From positions 13,392,001 through 13,456,000 of the forward strand of contig CM114271.1 of NCBI GenBank assembly GCA_050084515.1: DNA of 64,000 nt. Reading direction: 5' to 3'. The notes under the pieces were generated by a model. The model was not told the DNA's origin, searched no databases, and was given only the letters and a program-made list of their open reading frames with translations. Position 1 is the stretch's first letter, and each line of letters begins with the position of its first letter. Below are positions 23,740 through 35,768 of this stretch, in pieces. Both the position numbers and the translations under genes were made by a program. The DNA is from Blasia pusilla. Taxonomy: Eukaryota.

Positions 23740-24350
23740 GCTGCTCGACCATACCAAGACTCAAAATCCAAGTCAAACAATTCAAGTCCATGGCTTGACC
23801 CAACACATGACGTCGTGAAGCCTCAAAAATGGAAGCAACCGCTGTCACACCAGTAGCAAATCCCATCGCACGCTCTCTCTCATCAGCGCTCGCCATCATC
23901 CGGGTGTGAGTGTCACCCAACAATGGAACATTCTCCAGAATGTAAGTTGGAGCACGTACCTGATGAACGTGAAGATGTCGTAACACCCGTAACATCTCCC
24001 AAAACAATCAAGACCTAGGGTTGTGTAATCCCTCACCACGACTAGCACGTGTATGACCTTGACATGGCCATCCAGCAATCACCAAATCCACAAGACCAAC
24101 CCTCTCAAGGTCCTGCGCCCCCAACAATGCAATGTGTGACGGCAAAGCACGCTGGTATCCACGAATAGCTGATGGCGGCAACAACTCAGGATATCTCCGC
24201 ATCAACTGACCAATATGTCGGGATGAGACTCTTTGGGTTGTCTCATCGCGCTCCACATACACGTATCTCCGCATAGGAATATCGGCCTGCAACACTGCAG
24301 CCAAACCAGTACTAATCCTACCAAAGAGATCTAACACACAAATGGATGTA
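23740..24350 (-). pseudogene. DNMT3-like C5 methyltransferase domain in element C, with an internal deletion
   Basis: ICVLDLFGRISTG (I), YVYVERD (II), VDLVIAGWPCQG (IV, catalytic PC), FWEMLRVL, YILENV (VI), DERERAMGF (IX), VLGQAMD (X). Same reading frame as the downstream RT ORFs (starts 24649, 24007, 23413, 22999). Confidence 0.9.
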
Positions 24351-24806
24351 GTATCCAAAGGGGATAACCCAACAGGACCAGAAGTAGGAGTCCGCCGTGG
24401 GGCCTCCTCTTCCTCGTGAGGTATAACAGCCTCACACCAAGCCTCCTGAACTAGGCGATCAGCCTCCTGCCGTAGTGCACCGCCTGAACTCCAAAGTGGC
24501 ACATCCAACGATGAGGATGCTACTGCTGCAAAACTAGGGACCTCCTCTACCTCTTCATGCACAGGAGAATCCATAGTAGAAACATTACCCTCCAAAAAGT
24601 CTCTTGGCCATGTGACTACTCCACTAAAACTAGCCACAAATGCTAACACCGTTGGGCAAGACCCTCCAAGTCAAGCCCCATAAATAAATCTCACAGGAAC
24701 TTGGCTCATACGTCCATCCCCGGACTGCCAACCAGCTCTATAAGACGATGTCTCAATGGGGTAATCCATCTGAAAACCCATCGGTAATAATACTGCTCTT
24801 CCAACT

Positions 24807-27800
24807 TGTCGTGCGCCTACTCTCCTTGAACGTTAATCTTGTTTGTTGCGGAAGCGTGCGTTCAGTAGGTCACGCTCTCAACGCTGATCTGCATCCAAAC
24901 ACGCACTTCGGTTAGTCGGGTCTTGGATCAATCAGCGGGATTACTTTCCGAGTTCTCGTCTCGGACTCTCTCTTCAAGCTCAACCTTCCTAGTTTCGCGG
25001 TTTCCAACACGGGCAAGTCTCGAAAGACTTGGGAGACTTTCTGGTCGGTTCGGGAACTGAAGCGGCGTTTCGCGCCTAGCGGTTCCAACTGTCCGATGAA
25101 CATCCAATGAGTTCCTCACCAAGAATCGCACAGAAGTGAATCTCGGGGTTGGAATCCAAGTGTATGCATAAAGTCCACTCCCTTGGATCAGGTTTGGGTT
25201 TGGGTTTCGCGCCAAACTCCCGTTTCATCCGTGCCTCAAACGCCGTTTGGCGCCCAAAGTGGGGTTTCGTTTCCCGAGACATCTCAGAGAAGGTACTCCC
25301 CTTACTAGTACTTCTGGGGATCTCCGGGGCCCCTACATTTAGGGAAAGACACCGGGCCCCTCACTGGCCCTCAACCCGATTGCTCTCTGAATCGTTTTCG
25401 GCCAATATCTCAGCCTGTACTTATGCGTTTGCTGAGATCTTTAGTGCGTCGGAAGCGTCTTGAGATCAGCTTTCCAACGCGCCCTTACTTGTCCCAAACG
25501 CATCTCGGAGCTCAACGTTATGGTCCTAAACACAGTCAGATTCTCCCCAAACGCTAGTCATGTTCCAAATCGGTTCTCACCTCTTTGGCAACCAACCTCC
25601 AAGACTCAACTCATCTCAAGTCTCGGCTCGTGTTTGGTCTAGGTTTCTGGTCGCGACCATTAACGCATGAAACGCACAACTCTGTTCGCGTTTCGTCTCT
25701 TAGACTTTTCAAGAGACTCTTCCAAACGCCTCTCCAAAGCGCAAACCTCGGCGTGAGTTCCTTTGAGTTCTGATGTTTCGCTTGGCGCATATTTGGTGTT
25801 GTTTGGTTATGAGGGTCGCGACACTCACCCCTCCTTAGAAGGTTGATGTCCTCATCAACGCAAACCTTATTGATGTTAAGTTCTGGGAAGCCGACCCCTT
25901 CACACGTAATCGCGTTACGTAGCTAACCCATAATTCCTCTTTTTGGCTTAAGTCTTAGGTTTGTCGCTAAAAGACTTAGACTTATTAGCTTCGCTTTCGA
26001 TGAGCCTAGACTAGTTTCGCCAAACTAATCTAACTATCAAAATAAGCTCACTAAGTCGCAACCTAACACTTCACTCACTATTTGTAAACAACCTTTGTCT
26101 ACCTAGCCAACTCGTACTATTTTTGGGTCCTGTATTCCACCTAGGCGCGTCACTAAGTTCAGTCATGAAACATGAATGAGATCACCACAAACCCCAAGAC
26201 AGACTCATCCCCCGCCGAGCGTTAGGGCGAGCCCAAATGCTAGTACTTCAACACTTGGTCTGATCTAGATGCCTTATCTGAATACAAGCTCTCACCTCAA
26301 ATACTCATTGTTTGGTCTCCTTGACTTACATCCTAAGCATATGAAGAACTACTCATTGGCTTGCACAAACCAAACTCAAAATTACAATACAAGCATCGAA
26401 TCTCCGAATCCATGTCTTCTTTATTGCAACAACTAAACCTTTCTAGTTACAACGGGTTATCGGCCCAAGCTTTCGGTCAAGTTATGTCCATTGCTTCACC
26501 ATGTACTAACGCACGTGCTTTGCTTGTATCCATCTGAAGTCACGCAATGCTTCTTGCGCATGTTCTAGATCCGCCTCCGCAATCCAAGTCGCCTCTTTCA
26601 CATGATAGCCTTTCCACTTGACCAAGTACTCGTACTTGGTGGCCCTACGTCTGGAACGCATAATAGTCTCAACCTCGAACTCGGTTCCTCATTTTCGATG
26701 ACCGGTTGTGGTCTCAACATCCTCCTTCGCTCGGGGACATTGTCTTGAAGATACTTCTTCAATAATGACACATGGAAAGTCGAGTGAATCTTGAACTCGT
26801 TTAGCGGCTCAACGTGTACACATCCTCAAACGGCCTTGCCTTAATCACATACGGTCCAGCATACTTGGCTGACAATTTCGCATGAACAATTCTTTCGGAA
26901 GAGTGAGATTCTTAACACTCAACCACACTTGTTCCCCAACTTGGAAACTCACATGGCGCCGACTTTTGTTAGCATGCTTTACATTACCTTAGTTGAGCCT
27001 TGGCGAGACTTTCTCTCGCTTCGCTCTTGTCGTTCTCTGCATTTCCACTAACAAACATTCCGCCGTTGCTTGACGAGTGTGTGTCGATGTATTGCCCTTC
27101 GAAAGAGCTAAGTCAAGAGGCCCTTCTGGTTCTCTTTGATACGCCAGAAGAAACGGAGATTCTGCGGTTGCAGAATGCTTAGTCAAGTTGTAACAATACT
27201 CAGCCATACTTAACCACTTGGCCCAATCTCTTTGGTCCGCACTCACGTAATTCCGTAAGTATTGGTTTACGACCGAGTTTACTTTTTCTGTTTGCCCATC
27301 TGTTTGAGGATGGAAGGCCGTACTAAAGCTGAGTTTGGTCTGTAACCTCCTGAATAGATGTTTCCAAAAGGCACTGGTAAACTTCGGATCCCGATCGGAC
27401 ACAATGCTCCTAGGCAATCCGTGCGCACGCCACCAATCATCCAGGAATAGTCGGGAAGTCGTGTAGGCCGTCGCAAACTCTCTCGTCGGCACAAACCTCC
27501 CCAACTTGCTAAACCGATCAACTATCACAAGTATAGCGTTGTATCCCTCAGATTTTGGAAGACTCGTAATGAAATCCATGCTAATGCTTTGCAAGGGTCC
27601 CTCCGGGATTGGCAAAGGATGAAGTAAACCTTGTTTCTTCGCATAAGACACGCGGTTCGCCTGGCAGGTCACGCATGTTTTCACATATTGAGCAACATCT
27701 TCCTTCATGTTGGGCCAGAAGAACCTCTTAGACAAAACAGCAAGAGTGGATTTCTCCCCTTTGTGTCCCGCCAAAGGTCCGTCATGACCTTCCACAAACA

Positions 27801-30800
27801 CCTTGGTCCGAAGCTTGCCTTGGCCTACATAGATCCCGCTCTGCTTAAACCTTAGCAAGCCGTGTCTCAAACTCAGATTGGCCACCTTCTCGCCCGCTTT
27901 AACTTCCCAAGGTACTCCTCGCTTGTTCATCCTTCATGTATCCTTCAGAATCCTTCTTTCAGTCTGTTTCATTAGGGAACATTGCTCTCAACACTTGTGT
28001 AAATCGATGGCATGTGTTCATCCTGCGACTTAAGCATTTGGAATGACATTGTCTTTCCTGGCTTGTGGATTAGCTCCACATTCATCAACGCAAGGTATCA
28101 TGCCACCAAAGTTTTTTTTTTTGGCGTCACGCGATCTGGGTCTCAAAATACTTGAGCGATATGTTATCGGTGAATACTCGAGTCTGTGAAGTCCCAAATA
28201 GTGACGCCACTTCCTCAAGCAATGAACCACCATAAACAACTCTTTCTCATGAGTAGGCCATCTCCTTTCGGTGTCGGTCAGCTTCTTGCTTTCGTATGCT
28301 ACAGGTCTCCCTTTTTGCACCAACATTCCTGCAATCGCGAAATCACTAGCATCCGTGTGCACCTCGACCGGTTGTTCAAACTCCGGCAGTTTTAGAACTG
28401 GTTCCTGCGAGAGGATCTCTTTGACTCGATTGAACGCTTTATCCACTTCCTCGGTCCATGTAGTATTGGCAAACTTTGCGGTCCAATCCGTGAGAGGTTT
28501 CACTATGCCCGAAAAATTCTTCACGTATGTCCGGTAAAACTGGACAGCTCCGATGAACCTTCTCATCCCCTTCACCGTGGAAGGCGGTTCCCATTCGGCA
28601 ATCGCGCTCACCTTTTCCATGTCTGGACTCACTCCATCCGCACTGACCACATGCCCCAAGAACTTGATCTTCGTTAAACCAAACTCACTCTTATCCGCAT
28701 TCGCATACAGCTTGTTCGCCCTAAGTTTCTCAAACACCGTCTTCAAATGTCGAGCGTGCTCCTCTAGTGTTTTCGAATAGATGAGTATGTCATCTATATA
28801 GATGATCACAAACTCATCCGTCTCCTTGTGAAAGATGGAGTTCATCAAAGTGGTAAACGTCGGAGGCGCATTACAAAGACCGAAAGGCATTACTACAAAC
28901 TCGAACAAACCGTATCTCGTCCTACAGGCAGTCTTCTCTACATCCGCTTCGACAATCCGAATCTGATAATATCCTGATTTCAGGTCAATCCGGCTGAAAT
29001 ACTTGGCACCCGACAATCGATCAAAGAGGTCATCCATCCTCGGTAGAGGATAGTTATTCCTTACCATCACTTTATTCAGCGTCCGATAATCAACACAGAG
29101 TCTCAACTTCCCATCCTTCTTCTTGACAAAGAGGACGGGCGCCCCATAAGGTGACTTGCTCGTTCGGATGTAACCCCTCTCTAGGAGTTCACCCAATTGT
29201 TTCTTCAACTCAACAAGTTCCTCTTGATTCAACCTATATGGTGCCTTTGAAGGTGGTTGAGATCCTGGTATCACCTCAATCTTATGATCAACCGCCCTAT
29301 GTGGTGGCAACTCAGTCGGAAGCTCCTTAGTCAACACATCTTCAAATTCTTTCACAACTCTCTTGAGTGTTTGAGGATCTCCTTGAAACTGAGTTCTGAT
29401 CTCTGCATCTTGCGCTTGCATCATCATCCTCTACTCGTCTCATCAAGCAAAGGAATCCTTCCTCTAACTCCGCCAAACTCGTCCTCGTGATGGCGTTCAC
29501 CAACTCCGTCTTTCTAGGCACCTCACGAACCAATATGACGTCCGTCCGTCTGCCGTCAACCAAGACGCTTAACCTCAAAGGTCTCCGCCTCAGTTCCACC
29601 TCATACGCATCCAAGAACGTGTTCCCCAAGACTCCGTCAATACCGTCCATCTCGCAAACTGTAAAATTCTCCTTCAACTCAAATACTCGCATCTCACAAC
29701 TAGCCCTAAAACCAGATCGATGTCCGGTGGGATTTTCCTCCCGCGAATCCTACCTAATGGGTTCATCCGCTTTGGTGGTTGGCAATCCCAACATTTTTAC
29801 GATTCTCGGACTCAAGAATGAGTGCGGCTTTGTATCAACGAGCAACATCACATCGCGATTAGCGATCTTGGATCCTAGGTAAACCAAATTGGGCGTTCTC
29901 TTGGTGACTTGTAGAGATGTATCTAGATCTCCCTCCGATAAATGCTTAGCGGCAAACGCAATCATACTCCGTTTACTAACCTTGGGCCTCACACATTCCT
30001 TAGCCATATGCCCGGGTTCGCCACAATTATAGCAAATCACTTTGGCATTCGTTGACTTCGTAAACGGCGGCCCCTTCGGCTTCGCGTTGAGTTCCACTCG
30101 TTTCGCCGCTAGGGCGAGAGACCCTCCGTGGTCACACTCACCCCCATTCCAAACCCTCTTGGATGTCCCTTTATTCTTCTGTAACTTAGAAAAACTTTTT
30201 GTCTCAAAGGGTTTCGGGTGTTGGACTTCATCGTCCCCAATCCGCTCGGCTAGTCTCAAGAGGTCCGCGCACGTCTCTGGGATGTGAGGCATACGAAAGA
30301 GAGCCTTCTCGGCACTCCGTTTGAGCCCACTAAGGAAGATTACCTTTTTAGTATGTTCATCCGTGGAAAGTGCACTCATGAGCGCACTAAACTCTCGCAC
30401 ATAAGCGCCAAGTGATCCACTCTGGCGCAACCTCACCACCTCCATGCCATCGCGGTACTCCTGATATTCCGCAATGAATCGGTTCCCAATCAACTCCTTG
30501 AAATCTTCCCAACTCAACGTTTTCCACGACCTAGATGTTCTTTCCGGTGAGCCGTCCACCAATGGAGAGCGTGATCCTTAAACGTGATCACTCTGATCAC
30601 CTTGTCTTGTTCATCGCTTTTGCGCTTGAAATAGAGTTCGAGTTTGTTAGAAACTCGCTCACTTTCGAGAACACCCCATTCTGTGAATGGCGTTGGCAAA
30701 TTAGTCTTACAAAGCTTCTTGCGAACTAGAGGCTCCATTTGACTTGAATTCGAGATCACCTTGCTCTGTTCACCATCTGGTCCGCCATCACCTTCATCAA

Positions 30801-32191
30801 TCCCATCATTTGGGTATAAAAGGCCAGATCGTTTAAGTTTGGACCCGAAGGTCCCGCGGAAAGATTTTCGGTTGGAACATCCTCATGTCTGGGACTCGGC
30901 ACTTCGGGAGTTGCAAATTCCACCTCCGGCTCTTGGTCCGTCATTGATTCGTCTCTTGGCTTCTTTGCTTTGACTCGCGGTTTCTCGGTTCTTCGCCCTT
31001 GGTCGCCATTTGCGAAGTCGTCGCTTTTCTCAGATCTCCTCCTCGCCTCTTGCGTTCCTCCTCGGCGTCGCGGTCTTCCGGCTACCTTGAGTTCTCCCCA
31101 AACGTCCAAATCTTCAACGACCCCAAGTTCACGCTCATCAAGGAATAGCTCTGATACCACGTGTCGTGCGCCTACTCTCCTTGAACATTAATCTTGTTTG
31201 TTGCGGAAGCGTGCGTTCAGTAGGTCACGCTCTCAACGCGATCTGCATCCAAACACGCACGCCGGTTAGTCGGGTCTTGGATCAATCAGCGGGATTACTT
31301 TCCGAGTTCTCGTCTCGGACTCTCTCTTCAAGCTCAACCTTCCTAGTTTCGCGGTTTCCAACACGGGCAAGTCTCGAAAGACTTGGGACAGACTTTTCAG
31401 TCGGTTCGGGAACTGAAAACGGCGTTTCGCGCCTAGCGGTTCCAACTGTCCGATGAACATCCAATGAGTTCCTCACCAAGAATCGCACGAAGTGAATCTC
31501 GGGTTGGAATCCAAGTGTGGCGTACAAAGTCCACTCCCTTGGATCAGGTTTGGGTTTCGGGTTTCCGCGCCAAACTCCCGTTTCATCCCGTGCCTCAAAA
31601 GCGCCGTTTGGCGCCCAAAGTGGGGTTCGTTTCCGAGACATCTCAGAGAAGGTACTCCCCTTACTAGTACTTCTGGGGATCTCCGGGGGCCCCCTACATT
31701 TAGGGAAAGACACCCGGGCCCCTCCAATTGGCCCTCAACCCGATTGCTCTCTGAATCGTTTTCGGCCAATATCTCAGCCTGTACTTATGCGTTTGCTGAG
31801 ATCTTTAGTGCGTCGGAAGCGTCTTGAGATCAGCTTTCCAACGCGCCCTTACTTGTCCCAAACGCATCTCGGAGCTCAACGTTATGGTCCTAAACACAGT
31901 CAGATTCTCCCAAACGCTAGTCATGTTCCAAACTGGTTCTCACCTCTTTGGCAACCAACCTCCAAGACTCAACTCATCTCAAGTCTCGGCTCGTGTTTGG
32001 TCTAGGTTTCCTGGTCGCGACCATTAACGCATGAAACGCACAACTCTGTTCCGCGTTTCGTCTCTTAGACTTTTCCAAGAGACTCTTCCAAACGCCTCTC
32101 CAAAGCGCAAACCTCGCGGCGTGAGTTCCTTTGAGTTCTGATGTTTCGCTTGGCGCGTATTTGGTGTTGTTTGGTTATGAGGGTCGCGACA
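24807..32191 (-). mobile_element. Element D: full-length chromovirus (Ty3/Gypsy with chromodomain) inserted in the element C protease
   Basis: LTRs 24807-25823 and 31162-32191 (TG...CA). TSD CAACT at 24802-24806 and 32192-32196. Met-tRNA PBS TGGTATCAGAGC at 31159-31148. PPT adjacent to 25824. Confidence 0.95.
26520..31147 (-). pseudogene. Element D gag-pol: CCHC, protease, RT, RNase H, integrase, chromodomain (frameshifted)
   Basis: CYNCGEPGHMAKEC; SPYGAPVLFVKKKDG; YIDDIL; VHTDASD; ISMDFITSLP; HPQTDGQTE; chromodomain EFEVETI..YEYLVKWKGY..EATW at ~26530-26685. Confidence 0.93.
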
Positions 32192-32196
32192 CAACT

Positions 32197-34030
32197 AGTA
32201 CATCATACGACTCGGCTGATGTGACTACTGCAGGTACTCCCAACCGAGAGCTATCAGTCGCATGATCTGGTCTCAACTGTACTGAGAACTTCTCCCATGT
32301 CATGAATTGAGACCCATCATTGGCTCCTCCAAGTGATGTTTGAATCTGGAATGGGCAAGGCTCAAGCTCTGACCTCGAATACCCAAACCAATACATGCCG
32401 CCTTTCCCAACATCAAAACGTTGGGCACGAGAGTCTAACAAGACTTTATCTGGTCTATATACCTGTCTTGTAGGACTTACCAATCAGAATATCCCACTCC
32501 GGTTGTCCAACATACATACACCAAGTGTAAGCCTCTCACGATCAATGGATGGCCGGGCTCGTAATGCATCCATCTTCGCCGCTACTGCCTGCCAAGTAGC
32601 ACTGGTACTCAATGCTATACCTGACATAGAGGGTCGCTCCACCAAAAAACCCTCATCCACCTCAGCACATGTAGCAGTAACACCCCCACGTTCACACAAC
32701 GTGGCTGCTAGCTGAAATATATAAGCTAAGTCAACTCCTAAAGCCATCAATGGGGATCCCAACACTGAAGTTGTCATCTGCAATACTACACTGGATGCTG
32801 CATCCGTATCTACTACACGCGATGTAGATGCCTCAGTCCCCACTGTCGGCTCAATAGGCTGCGTAGGAACCATGAATGGAGTCCTAAGCACCTCAGACAA
32901 CAAGAATGACTAGGGAAGCCTAGCCTGCCTCCCAGCCTCACCCCTTTGTGGATCCAACTCCACAGTAGCACCACGTGACTCTGACGCTCGAGTGGCTCCT
33001 CTCGTAGAATCGGTGATGCCTCAACCTTTTGTCTTTGCACTCGCCATATAAGAAAGATCATCCCCTCCATAAGAGGTGGAAGCCCCTGCTCCCGAACCTG
33101 ATCTATGTTGGATACCAGCCATAGTAGCCAACTTCTGCTCCAACTCCTCAATCTTGGCAGCCATAGCTGACTCTGTCATAGTGGTAGGGGTGGCCACCGT
33201 AGGCTCTCCAACCACTGGTCCACCTCTATCACCCCTACCACCTCTACCACCTCGGCCTCTTGGAGCTACTCCACCACGACCGCGGCCTAATCTCAACTCT
33301 GGATGAAGATCAAAGCAACGCTCTCGAGGATGACCTGGTCTCCCGCAATGATCACACTGAGTTGGGGCCGACTGAGGCCCATCCTCCAAAGTCCGTCTCC
33401 CATCCTCTTGGGGACAAAACCTCCTAACATGATCACCTCCACATGTCCAACATGACTATCCTTGTTGCGGGGCAGCAAATGAAGGCAATGGTCTCTACGC
33501 AAGTGTCCCTCTACAACCTGACTAAGGTCGTGTGTACCTCCCACGACTCCCACTACTACTACCACCACCAGTACTACGAGACTGTGAGGTGGGCTGTTGA
33601 ATATAAGAAGTAGTATTTGTATCCCTACTGAATGCGAATGTCACCACTCTCTCCTTCATCATGTTAAGCTCAATCTTCTCAGATAGAGCAAACACATGGG
33701 TCAATGTGGGTGAATCATCACTCATAAGAGTAGCATCACGTACCCTACGTTGCAACTCTCTGTCCAAGATCCCATACCAAAACAAGACTGCCTGAGCCTC
33801 AATCACACCCTAGGTAATTGAAATCAAGCATCGCATACGAGTGTGTGCCTCACGAAGACTCTCACCAGTCTTTCGCTCAAATTCCTGAAGACTCCTCAAC
33901 TTCTCTGTCTTCACTCCCTGATAGTTCTTCTTCAACCTCTTGAAGAACTCTGCAATCGGGCTGAACGATGGTGGGGCACTAGTACCTCCACTAGTACCTC
34001 CATTGGTACCCCCACCCCTCTTCATCAACT
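32197..34030 (-). pseudogene. Element C gag and protease (the protease resumes at 24806)
   Basis: PPSFSPIAEFF..ESLREAHTRM; knuckles CWTCGGDHVRRFC and CDHCGRPGHPRERC; KVLLDSRAQ. Homologous to B 7320-8750. The gag N-terminus seen in B appears deleted. Confidence 0.85.
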
Positions 34031-34888
34031 GTCGGAAGTGGAAAAGGTAGCCGATAGCTCAATCCACTCCGTATGAAACCACCATTGTCCGCACCACGGT
34101 TCCCAACCAGACCACCAGACAGCTCCGTGATGACCAACGCCGATGCCGCACCACCACCAAATTACCACCACTAAGTAACCAAGTGACGTCGATGTTGTTG
34201 TACTATTCTAGGTCTACTAGCTATGGGTGTAGGCAACCTAACCTGTCAGCACCACAAGAAGCCTCCCACGATCTACTGGTCATCACTCCAGCCTCACTAC
34301 CGGTAGCAGAGAGGAGTAACACTACTCTGGAAATCAGCGTCAACCCTAACAAGGGACGCGCAAGCAAGAAGCAACGATGGAGGGGATCCAAACACAGGAA
34401 GTCCAACGACAATCCTCCAATCGCAAATGGAAATCAAGATAACACAATCCACCAAACGTGGCGCCCCTTGAATCCACAAAACCCACCACACAATTCTAAA
34501 GCAATAGCTACTCCGCCGCGGGTCGATGACGTGCTAGTCGGACTCGCAGCACCTGAAAATATCACGTGCATGGAGAGGCTACACCGTACTATGCGCTAGA
34601 GGTCCATCAACCAAAAACTTGATATGCATAAAGCGCCTAACACATCTCCGAACATCACCAAATGAGCTACACCAGTGTGTACACTGGCATAGTTAAGAAC
34701 TCAGCAGTTAATCGTCTTCCAGGCAGAATAGCCCAAAGATGGGTGACCAGTTATCCAACACTCAAATCACAAATCTTGCAAAAACTGCCTCACGCCGAAG
34801 CAAGCAAGCTTGCTTGCTTGTTCCTTGCTCCTTACTCCGCCTCTCACACCCACTCGTCCCGAGCTACCTCGAGTTGCCTCAAAGCCTC

Positions 34889-35208
34889 ACAATCAAACCA
34901 AACCCACTCTACGATGGGAGAATCCAGGTCGAAGCTTGCGGGAACCACCATAGCCAAGAACTCTACTCACTACCAAGGCTAACTCCCAACGCAACAGGCT
35001 CAACTCAAAGAACTAATTGTTCTTTGAGTGCACTCCACACTATATCCTCCAACCTAAGAGCGGGCCCTACTGGAAAAGTCACCCTCAACTGAGTAACCCC
35101 CAACCCTATATATGAAACCGTATCTCTACCTGGACACTATGGCCCTACATAAGGTATGGCCTCTACTAGCACACTATACTCTACGATATAATCCGTATGG
35201 TCATGACA
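34889..35208 (-). repeat. Element C repeat A1 (320 bp)
   Basis: Aligns with 19784-20103. Confidence 0.92.
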
Positions 35209-35768
35209 GCCGTTTTCCACCAATTATGCTTCTTTAGCAGTTTTCCACATGGTATTAGAGCGATAGGAGAACATCACTTGAAATTCTTGGTATTTGAAGA
35301 GAGAAGAGAGGCAAGAGAAGGCAAAAATTTAGTTTGGGAGAAGGAAATTTTGTTCAGAGCTCAGTGGATGCAGATTTCAGGTGGAGCTTTCACGGTGATA
35401 AAACTTTGGAGGCGTTTTTTAGGGCTTTCTCGGTCAATTTAGCCACCTGGGTCCGCAAAGGCTAGAATGATGCCAAAGGCTGGTTCTATACATCTTATAA
35501 AGCTCATTGAGAGCTTTCCAACAAACCCAAAATTGCTGCTTGATTCTAACATTCTGAGCTCTTGCAGTAGCAATTTCAATATAAGAAAGTGCAATTAGTG
35601 AAGAAAAGTTGTGCAGTTTGTTCTCTACAGACCAATTCCGACTAGTTCTTTCATAGAATTGATCAATTTTGGCAAATCTCAGGTCGATTTTTGTGTAGAA
35701 ATGGTCTGTGCTTCACTTGGAGTAGTAGAGAGCCTGAAATTACATTTTTGTAAGTGAAATCGCTCGTT

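Larger units (their letters stand above)
19641..35208 (-). mobile_element. Element C: DNMT/PHD Ty3-Gypsy element with split direct repeats (second subfamily)
   Basis: Minus strand starts TGTCATGA at 35208. TSD GCCG at 19637-19640 and 35209-35212; removing the element restores the Copia LTR. Same domain order as B. Confidence 0.92.
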
